The notes under the pieces were generated by a model, which was not told the origin of the DNA, made no database searches, and saw only the letters and a program-made list of their open reading frames with translations. From contig CM052846.1 of assembly GCA_028534125.1 (NCBI GenBank), forward strand, positions 4,154,001 through 4,218,000: 64,000 nt of DNA. Direction: 5' to 3'. The stretch is from Lama glama. Taxonomy: Eukaryota. Positions 53,725-64,000 of the stretch are shown here, piece by piece (the first letter of the stretch is position 1; each line of letters begins with the position of its first letter). Both the position numbers and the translations under genes were made by a program.

Positions 53725-53960
53725 ATTTGCAGCTCTAAAGCTAGAATGCCTGAAGTATGAAACCTAATTGTATCACTTGCTGACTTTGTAGCTTACTCAT
53801 ATTATTTCATGTGTATGTGCCTTGGTTTCTTTACCCAAACATCATAATAGTGTTAATAGTGCCTGCCTCCTAGGGTTATTGAGATCTTTGAATGAGCCAC
53901 CATTTGGAAAGTGCTTTGCAACTGATACCAGGCACGTAGTAGGTTAGTTACCATTAGTTC
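53725..53960 (+). mobile_element. MIR SINE, near full length
   Basis: gctctaaagctagaatgcctg...tcacttgctgactttgt...tgtgccttggtttc...aatagtgcctgcctcctagggttattgagat...aaagtgctttgcaac...aggcacgtagtagg. Confidence 0.8.
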
Positions 53961-54152
53961 AGAGTTTAGGTCATGGTATTCACAAAATATTGTCTATCTT
54001 GACATTTGTTTGATTTCACTTTTAACAAGATGTTTAAGTAATTTGTAAAAATAGATACTTTAATATAAGTAAGTGTTGAACTAGAGCAGCTGTCTTCTAT
54101 TTCAGGAGAAATAACGCAGCGAAGAGCTTGGACCACATCGAAGTTGCACATT

Positions 54153-54186
54153 ATCGCTCCCTGGTGGCAGCATGGCTAAACTGCAG
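54153..54186 (-). promoter_or_regulatory. Candidate CTCF binding site (core plus upstream U motif)
   Basis: Minus strand reads CTGCAGTTTAG-CCATG-CTGCCACCAGGGAGCGAT. The core is one mismatch from CCACCAGGGGGCG, and TGCAG sits at the spacing expected for the ZF9-11 upstream motif. Confidence 0.7.
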
Positions 54187-54756
54187 TTTTCTGGAAGAGG
54201 CACCATCTTGGCGGTTGAAACCACGGAAAATCGTGGGATGACACTTCTATATAAACCCAAATGGCCATCGTCCAAACTGCGTAATTCTACAAGAAACAGA
54301 AAAACTCGGTGCACCATTTTCTGGGCCTCTTTTAACAATCTGAAGAGGCTGGTCATGAATCAGGCGCATCTAATGTTGCCGTTGGCCCAGCTCTTCCGCG
54401 TCCTGATCTGTCAGGATGCGTCCACTGAAGTCCATCATCTTAAGTCCTTCTAAAATAAGCAGGGCCATGTACCTGTCAGGAACAGGGTATTTGGTGTCGC
54501 TTGTAAAAGTCAAATGAAAAGCTTTTCTGGTTTCTTTGCAATGTCTTTAGCAGCTTAAGCGTTACAGCACAGAAAACTGGGATCTCTGATACCTCACTCT
54601 GCACAGTTTGTGCTTCCAGCCAGTCCCGAGCCTCAGGATTAATAGGTTTTCCCTCCAAGTGATCTTACTTAAATGACTGCAAGTTAAACTGATGAAAGGA
54701 GAGTAACAGTTACTACTTAGGCATGTTCTCCTGGACAGCTATTGGTCTTCAGGCCA

Positions 54757-54835
54757 TTTCTCTTTCTTTCTTTCCCTCTTTCTTCCTCTTCCTCTTCTCC
54801 TTCTCCTCCTCCTCCTCCTTCTCCTCCTTCTTCTT
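54757..54835 (+). repeat. 79-nt pure polypyrimidine tract (TTTC/TTC/TCC repeats)
   Basis: No purine on the plus strand from 54757 to 54835. Confidence 0.95.
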
Positions 54836-55044
54836 AAGATTCTTAGTTGTTATTTACTTCAAAACCGTATTCTTGAGTGTACTCCTTTGACCACTCTCAG
54901 GACTGTCTCCAAGCCCTGTCCCTTCTTCCTAAACCATGGAAGAGGAACCACCCATCCTTGACTTAACAACATCTAAAGACACAGACCCAACATCTCCAGG
55001 CTTATCTGTGAAGACCTAGTTACACACTTGCTCATCTTACCTCT

Positions 55045-55220
55045 CAGAGCATCGATTTTTAACCAAGATGCACATCAAAATCACCTGACTTTTTGCGGCT
55101 CATGCATGCCTGATCCCCCATCCCTCACCCCCACAGACATACTAACTCAGAAACTCCAAGTGCCCGTCCCAGAAATATGCATCTTTTAAAAGTCTTTTGG
55201 AGCTCCTGATGCGCAGCCCT
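55045..55220. mobile_element. MER5A-like hAT-Charlie element
   Basis: gatgcacatcaaaatcacctg...cccagaaatatgcatcttttaaaagtc...ctgatgcgcagcc. Confidence 0.65.
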
Positions 55221-55614
55221 CCTTACTCCTTGTGGGGTAATGATGTCCCATGTTGCCCTAGGGAAAGAGCCTTGCTCCCCCAGGTCGCGGAGCGGACAGC
55301 CGGCCTTGCTCTGCCCACCTACTGTATCTGTGCTCATCGTCTCTACTTCTGAGTAGATGCAAACCACGCCTCCCCATCCTTCTCTTCTTTCTTCCCCAAA
55401 CCAAAGTGGCAAGCGGGTTACACTTCTCAGGACATGGGTAGAACTGGAAATTGGAGCATCTTGTCCCGAAATAAAAAGGTGTAAATCACATGACCAGTGT
55501 AAGGGGTATATGAAAAGGTTAAGGGGAGACAGCCCCAGAAACACAGAATAACAAGGCCGGAAACTCTTTAAAAAATGATCGGATACAAGATTTCCAAGCC
55601 ATTTTGTACCATAA

Positions 55615-57723
55615 CAACAATTCTCAAAGCATGGTCTGTGGACCCCTGGGGGTTCCCAAGACCTTCTCAGGAGTTCACGAGATCAAAACTAGTTTTACAA
55701 AAGTACCGAGACATGATTTGCCTTACTCACTGCGTTGACATTTGCACCATGAGGCCGAGAGCAATGCTGGCAACTGAACAAGCATTCGGGCGCTGGTATT
55801 AAACTGTCAGTGGTTGGTCGCCGTTAGGGAAAGTTAGTGAAAAAAAAAATGCCAGATTCACAATAAGAATGCCTAAGAAGCAGTAAAAATTATTAATTTT
55901 TTTGGATTTTTTCATGAAATATACATCAGTGTACAATGTTGTGTCAATTTCTGGTGTACAGCAGTCATACATATACCTACATGCATTTATTTTCATTTTT
56001 TTTCACCGCAAGTTACTACAAGTTATTGAATATAGTTCCCTGTGCTGTACAGTATAAATGTTGTTTTTCTATTTTATAGATAGTAGTTAGTATCTGCATA
56101 TCTCGAACTCCCAATTTATCCCTTCCTACCCTCTTCCCCCCCAGTAACCATAAGTTTGTTTCCCACGTCTCTGAGTCTGTTTCTGTTTTGTAAATAAGTT
56201 CATTTGTCTGTTCTTTTAGATTCCACATATAAGTGATCTCATACGGTATTTTTCTTTCTCTTTCTGGCTTACTTCACTTAGAAAGTCTCCAGGCCCATCC
56301 ATGCTGCTGCAACTGGCACTGTTTTATTCTTTTTTATTCATGAGTAACATTCCATTGTATAAATATACCACAATTTCTTTATCCAGTCGTCTGTCAATGG
56401 ACATTTAGATTGTTTCCAGGTCTCGGCCATTGTAAATAGTGTTGCTATGAACATTTGGGTCCATGTGTCTTTTCGAATTAGAGTTCCCTCTAGATATATG
56501 CCCAGGAGTGGGATTGCGAGATCATATGGTAAGTCTATTTTTAGTTTTTTAAGGAACCTTCATACTGTCCTCCATAGTGGCTGCATCAATTCGCATTCCC
56601 ACCAGCAGTGCGGGAGGGCTCCCTTTTCTCCACGCCCTCTCCAGCATTTATTATTTGTAGTCTTTTTAATTATGGCCATTCTGACTGATGTGAGGTGAAT
56701 TCCGTGTCTTTTTAATGTTGTATGTGACCAAAGGGGAAGAACACACAGAGAACTGCTGCTGCGTTACCACAGACTGATTTTTTTTTCCAGGAAATGTGAT
56801 TGTACAATTGTCTGAGTTGCAAGCTGAACTAACAGCTTTTTTTTTTTCATGAAATACCATTTTTTTCTTGAAAGGATGATGGGCAGACAAATTATGGTTG
56901 TTTAAATTTGGATATTCTGGCAGATTTTTTTTTAAGGAATAAAGTGAGCTTGTCATTTCAAGGAAAGCGAACTGAGAGGATGTGCTGCCAATGATAAAAC
57001 TGGAGCATTCCAAAGAAAACAGAACTTTGGAAAACTCACCAGGACCTTGACACATGCCCAAGACTAAGGAATGTAACTTCTTTGATGTCTCATAATGAAC
57101 TACATCAACATTTGTAAGGCCTACATGAGTCAGTAAATTGACATTTTCTGAATGAGCAGTGCATAATGTTATAAAATCAGGCGTGGGTGAAAAAAAAAAT
57201 TCAAAATGCAAGACAGACCCATGGATTTGAGTGTAACGGATAATAAAATATTCATTGATATGGTTTCAGATCCCCCGTTGCAGCTCTGCTTTAAGAAACT
57301 AACACTCTTTGAATTTCGGTGTTACCTCAAAGAAAAAGACCCACAATTATACAAAAAGCTATTAAAATACGCCTCCTTTTTCCAACTACACACTTTGTGA
57401 TTTAGTGTGAAAGCAGATAGGAAAATGCTACTATGTTCTGTTAAGCCTGGGGTTAAAGGGATTTGCAGAAATGTAAAAAGACCCTCTTCTCACTATTCCT
57501 TTTGTGTTGAACACATAAGATCATTTTTATAGAGACTTACGTTTATACGTATCTCATTTAGTACTATTATTTTCAGATTCATTTTTTTGAATTCTGTTTT
57601 TAAAATATTCTGTTACTAGAAATATAGCTATATATTAACCACATAAACAAAATCTCTTCAATATCCAAATATTTTTTAATGAAAGTAAAGGGATTCTGAG
57701 ACCAAAACGTTTAAGAACCACTG
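55615..57723 (+). mobile_element. Charlie1a-like hAT DNA transposon fossil, split by the L1 at 55897-56698
   Basis: Degenerate terminal inverted repeats caacaattctcaaagcatggtc ... gaccaaaacgtttaagaaccactg. The internal sequence resembles decayed hAT transposase; ORF 57206-57400 (QDRPMD...FIDMVSD...LQLCFKKLTLFEFRCYLKEKDPQLYKK) looks like the hAT C-terminal dimerisation region. Family name from recalled consensus. Confidence 0.88.
55897..56698 (-). mobile_element. 5'-truncated LINE-1 3' end, same broad family as 4567-5779, inserted inside Charlie1a
   Basis: The reverse complement encodes [19 protein letters not shown]. The 3'UTR shares gggagttcgaga and gggaactatattcaata with the 4.6-kb copy. 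The T-tract at 55897 is the poly(A) tail. Confidence 0.95.
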
Positions 57724-60084
57724 TCATATGTACGAGGAAAGTATCTGAAGTGCCTCCTGGAAACCCTGGGTCTGAAGAAGAGGAGGTGCTGAGAAGGATG
57801 GGAAGAAAGAAGGGTGCGTCACCTGTTTGTACTGAGGAGTGAAACGTGGGGGAAAGAAAGTTGGCAGCAGCTAAAACGTGGCTAGGAAGTTCTTGGAATG
57901 TGAACTGGGACAAAACACTCATATGTATCAATATTCATCCGTTCTTTGAATGCCTTTCACAACATCCATGCCAGACAGTCAGCAAGTCTATGAACGCTTC
58001 CAACAAGGTGGGAACTTGAACTTATAAGGACCTCTTCTCTCCTTGGAGATGTATGACCGTTAATAAGTCGTTACCCCCAATTTACTTCTTTATTACTTGT
58101 TCATAGTAGTCTAAGTCTTTCCTTTTAAGAACACACAGAATAAAAAAAAAAAAATCCCCAAATTAGCTTTACAAAATCTTAAGGAGGAGCTCCCACTTTT
58201 TTCTGACATAAAAGTCCCCGATTTCCATAACTTTCTCACTCATAAAGCAATGCATGGTTTCAGTTGGAACACCATCTCTAACATAACCATTATTTTTCTT
58301 TAAATTTCCTGGTGTATCACTTAAGACATGACCTACCCCCCATAAAGGAAAAAATGACATTTGAGACATGGTCTGATCAGTATGGAGCGGAGCTGTCATC
58401 CCCTCTTCCTAGGATTCTGTCAGTTTTTTGGCAGACACGCCAGCCTTTTTACTCATATTGCACTTTTGATATCAGACGCCTCTGGATTTCCCCTCCCTGT
58501 TATTTATTTGTTTCCCATGTTCCTATTAAACTTTATCTCATCCATCACGAATAAGTGAGATTAGATTTTCGTACTGAATTTAGGGACTTAAAGCTCACCA
58601 TCTATTAAATGTTATCTTAGAACTGACACCACAGTATCACTTATTTAAATCTCTTTGGATCCCAGTTTTATCCGTTCAACACATCATGTAACTTTCTAAT
58701 GTGAAGCGTCTACAGATTCGATGTTTATCCAAGTCACTGATAAAATATTTAACAGGATAAGACCCTTTAATACTCTCTAAAGCCTTTCTCCTGTATGAGT
58801 TGAGACAGAGCATACAACATTCCAGATACACGGTCAATGGCATTTCTATACTCACGAAAGCAGATTTCACAGTTTTGAAAATTGCAAACTGTGCTAACTG
58901 CCTGTTTTCCAGCATCCCTCCTAGTCCCTGGGACTCCCTGGAGATTCGCCGTCCTGGTCGCAGATGCCAGGACCTCCTGTCTATGCATCCCTCCTTTGCT
59001 TAGGATACAGGGTCGGTACAGACGTCCTTAAAATGACTGGGCCCGCCATTTTCCAGACAGCTCATTCTTTTTTGATGGAGAAGAGAAAAATATGATCATT
59101 GAAAGAGCTGTGTGATAATTGTAAGTTCCATCTGTGTGGGGCACGACAGCATCTCAGGGCCGATCAGTGAGCCTTTCCAGCTTCAATCCTTTTTGTCTCC
59201 AGAAAGATGACATTAGCCCCAGGTCATGTTGCAAGTTAGCCTGTTGAATATTGAGGTATGCCAACTCTTTCTGTTCAGCATTAGCTATTTTCTTTATTTC
59301 CATCATTTGTTCGGAGAGCTCCTTTTTTTTCACTTTAACAGAATTGCTTATAATGTCATCTTGTGTCTCCTGCTTGTGTCTATGGTTAATCTAAATGTTT
59401 TGCTAGCTTCCTTCTTAAAAACTAAAATGCTCTTCTGACTCAGCCCACTGCTTCGTTCTCTGGACATTAGGAACTCCAAGACGGTAACTCCCAAATTTCT
59501 CCCAAGTCTCCATCAGTCCAGCGTGACTAGCGTGTTCTCGCTGGCGTCTGCTGCCTGCTGCCCACGCCGTTTGCTGGTTCCTGTGTTCTACAGAAAATTA
59601 CCAGAAACAAAAGTGGTGTTTCTGGTTAGATCCTTTGATTTTACCTACTGAGACGTCCTGGAAATGTCCACGTGTTCGCAGTTTCCTCTTGCCAGGGCAC
59701 CCTGTTTCTGTGCCGGTTTGTTACCAGTTGAGAAACGCACCATCCACTGCTTGTTTGTAGTCTCAGCCCACAAAGAGCCCCTTCTGTTTCATTCTCCCTT
59801 TATTCTTACTCTTACACTCTCATGTCTGTGAGGTTTTCATCCTCAACTTCTTGCCTTTCCAGGTGTGTGTGGCTTCGTGGCATTTTTAACAACCCCTGCT
59901 CTCCTTACAAACAGCCAGTGTTTTCTGAAATTTTTCCCCTTACTTTTTGCCATGATCCCTCAGCCTTGCGTCCATCACTCCCAGCCGCTAGGATATATCT
60001 GTGAAGCATCTATTTTATTACCGGATGCTACATCTTCCATTCTCCTTGTTGTTTAACCAAACCCTCTGCTTCCAGGTCTAGGGC

Positions 60085-60800
60085 TCCGAGGCCACGAGCA
60101 TGATTTCCGGGCTCCTTGGTTCACGTGAATTGTTAGCTCCCCAGCACGGTCACTCGTTCCTTGGTGCGCCACGTATTGACTGCTCACTGTAGGAGTATCT
60201 GCTCGGGCCGGCAGTGACAGATGCACAGTGAGAGAGCAAGGAGGCCTGGCGCCCCTGCGAGGACCGTATGAGACCGAGGCATCTCTCGCCAGGTTGGCTG
60301 ATTTAGCCATAAGAGCGGCATCAAGGATATCGGGACCAACGCCTTTGACATCGGGGGCCTAGGGTCCAGCAGGAAGTAGGTCGCATATGAGCGTGCAAAT
60401 CAGTGTCTGCAAATGTCTGTAAATGCTGAGCTCTCACGGCTCCGTGGAGACAGCGCCCCCTTCGTCTGCGCGGCGGCGTCTGCGTGAGACGAGAACGTTC
60501 CTCAGCGCGTCGTTAACCCGAACCGAGCCTCGGCGGCCGGGGATGGCAGGGGCGCAGCCCAGCGTCAGCAATGCCTTGTCCAGATTGACCCAGGCTTCCA
60601 GGCCCGAGAGGGGCACAGCTGGCCCGCTGGCGCTGGGCTCTTAGCACGGCTGTCATCACCATTAGCATCGCAAATGGACCCATTATTCTCCGTGTGAGAA
60701 GCACAGAGGTGACACAACCTCACTGGCCGGGCGGGGTGTGTTGTCAGGGCCCATTCGTGGGACAGAAAGACCTCACGAGGCGTGGGAGAGCGGTGCGGTG
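60085..60800. promoter_or_regulatory. CpG-rich patch (orphan CpG-island-like)
   Basis: Manual count gives roughly 50-55 CpG in ~720 bp, peaking at 60430-60540. Confidence 0.5.
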
Positions 60801-61361
60801 ACTAAAGGGGCTCCTAGTGATTTCTCTTCCAAAGAACCCCCCACCCCCAGTAGCTCTGAGACCCTGATATTTTTTGAAAATTAGCAGCTGTGGCCTCTCC
60901 CGAGCTAGTGCCCAGCACGAAGCTTTCAATCGCGGTGCAATGCTGTGCATTTGCCACTTGGATCAACACCACAAATTCCATTAAGCTGCGCTTGGCGGCC
61001 TGCTCTCCACCTGCCTTTGGCGACCTCCCTTCCCTGCTTCCACTGCAAACCCCTGCAGGCACTGCCTGTGCAAGGAGCCTCTGAAGTGCCCTGAATCAGG
61101 GAGAATTTATGCCGGTCTCACTCCCTTTCCCGGCTAGGAGCTTGGGAATCAGAGACAGTGACACCATCGTGTGGTCCACGGAAATGAGCCTGCATGTGAA
61201 AGATCATTCTCTTCACTAAGAATGAACAGCTGATGAAGGTAACTTCATGACGCCCAAGGACTGACTTCAAACCAGTGCCTTCCCATGTCCATCCCCAGGG
61301 ACGAACTCATTATAACAACTCTCACTTTATCTTTTCTTCCAGAATAATGGGTCATAGCCCG

Positions 61362-61431
61362 TCCTTCCTTCCTGCCTGCCTGCCTTCCTTCTTTCCTTCC
61401 TTCCTTCTTTCCTTCCCTCTTTCTTTCCCTT
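61362..61431 (+). repeat. (TTCC/TGCC)n compound tetranucleotide repeat
   Basis: tccttccttcctgcctgcctgccttccttctttccttccttcc... Confidence 0.92.
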
Positions 61432-64000
61432 GGTAATTGTTCTTGAGGGATGAGCAGTAACTCACAGTAACTTTTAATCTTCTACTTAAAACTCTGAGGT
61501 ATCTCCCCAGAAACATTCATCTGTACAGCTATGCAAACATTTGCATGAAATTACAGGTGATGTAGGAGCGCCTCTGTGGGACCCTTAGCATTTCACAGCG
61601 AGGAGAAGCCATACCCCTTCAGAAAGGAGGGAGCAGGAAAAAAAATTACACCTTTACCACCTGAGAGAGAGGAACTGATGCTCAGGGCACAGATAAGTGG
61701 CAGAACCCAGATTCTCTTATTTTAGTCTGGTATTCTTCCTGGCATTCCCAGAACCCCTCAGCCAACGTTGGCCATCGGCGTAGGATAGACAAGAAGTGGC
61801 AGGGTCAAAGCCGGGAAGCACAGAGGTGGCCACAGTGGCTTAGCTGTGGCCCCCGTGGCATCCCTGAGCTGCCGTTCCTTCCTACCCGTTTCTCGCCCTG
61901 ATTTCCTGCCATGCCCGTCAGCACGACCGCAGCTCTTCTCGGCCACAAGCTGAGCACGTTGAGTGGTCCTCCGGGTTGTCAGGAACCAACTCAGTCATTT
62001 CAGAAAAAAACAAAAATGAAAACAAAAGACCAGGATATTAAAAGGGGGAGATACCCCCTCCTTTAAATCCAGTGGGGAGGACTTTCTCTGGCCCTCTTCA
62101 GAGCACAGAGGACACTGCTGAGCCAATTATTCAGCTCATTTAAACCCTCAGCCAGACACGACAGATTCCCATTCTTTCCTCCCAAAGAGTGAGAGGCGCT
62201 GGGATCCAGGCAGGATTACGTGTCTGGAAGTTGGTGGAGCTCAGGATAGAGCGCGTTCCATTCTCTTCCTTCTCAGGGCCTGGAGGTTGACATTCAACTA
62301 CCCTTGGGTCTAAGAAATTGCCTCCTTTGCCTGAATTAAATGAAATCCAATGAAACAGAAATCCAGGTCAGTGCAGTTTACTATCAAGCTTTCAGCTCCT
62401 GCATTGCTGGCAGCTCCCCTTGTAATAATTAAACAGAAAGTCGTAGGCAGGCAACAGTGAAATCCATTGCTAATCTTGCCCCTCATCAGCCTATCTTTCT
62501 AAATGTTCCTTAATTAAGGTTTCTAAATGCTCTGCCTCCCCTCGGCACCCAGGGTACCAAACGAAGCCGACTGCTTCAGGGATGCCTGGCAGTCAGAGGT
62601 GGAAGGTCTTCTAGAGATATTTCTCTTCCAGAGCGTTAAAAATCAAAGATAAAATCCTATAAATGGAAATGTGTGTGAGGAGTGAGCAGGGAGATGCGGA
62701 CAGAGAGCGCTGGGAAGGGATTTTTTTTTTTTTTCTCGAGGATTTCACTTTAAGGATTCTGAAGGCGCATCGCTGGCTTTATCACGGCTTCTCCAACACA
62801 CCAGGGAGTGAATGAAACAGCTGTCACATTTAAACACACACAGCAGTAATCCTCCACTGAGCACAATGCCAGGACAGAACAGAAAATCCATCAACACTTA
62901 CAAAGCATCCTATTTATTTAGCAATTTGTCCCCTTTTACCGAAAGTTCTGTCTGTGGGGTTGAAACTGGGGCCACATGCCACCGGTGGCTTTTTGTGGTT
63001 CAGCAGCGACAGGGAGAGGGAGTGTGGGAAGTGGTCAGATGCACCCGGTGGACGTTTGAAGATGTAAAAATCACAGAGCTGGCATTTCAGGATGACCCAA
63101 GGTCTGTGGCAGAGCGAGCCCAGAGGCCCTTTACATCAAGAGGCAGACGGGCCGTGAGAAATGCCCGAGTGGCCCGACTTCAGCCTCCTTCTCACTCCCA
63201 AGGTCTTCATTTAGAAGGCTGCCATCTCCTCCTCTTCTCCACCCAGGAAATCTAGTCTCCTCTCTTGAGATGCCTGCTGATCATGAGGGACCTAAGCAAG
63301 AAAGCAAAGCTGCTTTGGGCGCTTATAAAGCAAGCTCCCTGACCAGGCGCTGCTCAGGAAGAGCACTCTGGAGAGAGCCGCCGTCTAGGTGCCTGCCCAC
63401 AAACAGTCTCTAAAAACATTTACTTACTACTTATGGGGACGGCACACAGTAGATCTGGGAGGAATTTTAAAACCCTACGTTGAGTTCTCTACAAGGAAAC
63501 CAAGACCCAAGAAGTTGTGGTTTTCCTGACGCCCACCCCAACACCCTGGTCCAGGAAGAACAGAGAATGAGCCAGATCAAGACCCCGGAGCCGTGGCTTA
63601 GTGGGCATGATGGTAAGAATGAGATCTGGGCAGGGGAATGGTTGTCCATAAGGGGATCTCCAGTGGGAAAATGAGGCAGGTGGAAGACAGTGAAGACAAG
63701 ACCACTGAAAGACATAAATAAAGAAATCTACCATTATCGACCTTTAAAAGGCTCTATGTTAGGTCCAGCTTTACCCACGGAGAGTTTCAGAGAACACGGG
63801 AGAAGTCAGGAGGGAAAAAGTGAGATCATTAAAGGGTTGACAAACAGAATGAGCAGATGAAAATCTGCACAAACTTTTAATACATCATTTAATGAATGGC
63901 CTTATAAAAAAGCATGTTCAACTTAATTCAGTTATAATCAAAGAAATTTAATTTAGATACAGGGTTTTTTTTTCCACTCAGTTTGTGTGAGGTTTTGTGC

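Noticed and set aside
54102-54453. Overlapping 84-93 aa ORFs on both strands with acceptor-like sites
   Set aside because: No recognisable homology; the CpG retention is better explained by the CTCF site.
56666-57211. 181-aa minus-strand ORF
   Set aside because: It is antisense to decayed Charlie1a transposase sequence, a shadow ORF.
60430-60460. GACAGCGCC, a REST/RE1 right half-site, also a weak CTCF-like GCGCCCCCT
   Set aside because: The left half-site is a poor match and the CTCF 3' end does not fit.
60434-60616. Peptide LEAWVNLDKALLTLG resembling a TPR helix
   Set aside because: It is a single short match without supporting splice sites and overlaps probable MIR-derived sequence.

Overview
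This is mammalian genomic DNA from an intergenic region or large intron. I found no credible protein-coding gene, tRNA, rRNA or CRISPR array; the listed ORFs look like chance ORFs, transposon-derived ORFs or artefacts of the N gap. The youngest LINE-1 3' ends are of cetartiodactyl type, and I saw no ruminant (Bov-tA/BovB), pig (PRE-1), cetacean (CHR), carnivore or primate SINEs, so a camelid source is my best inference. The left ~23 kb is AT-rich and dominated by old and nested L1 plus one MER74-like solo LTR. The right ~41 kb is GC/CpG-richer and dense in MIR, L2 and DNA transposon fossils (MER58B, MER45A, MER5, MER20, MER44/Tigger7, Charlie1a). Repeat family names come from recalled consensus sequences and many boundaries are approximate. 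Notable non-repeat signals are a CTCF site with an upstream motif (~54.15 kb), two orphan CpG-rich patches (~36.3-37.4 kb and ~60.1-60.8 kb), several homeodomain-motif-rich enhancer-like blocks, and two perfect 16-18 bp palindromes. There is a 133-N assembly gap. I cannot support a claim of a new biological system; the best leads are regulatory or concern genome evolution.
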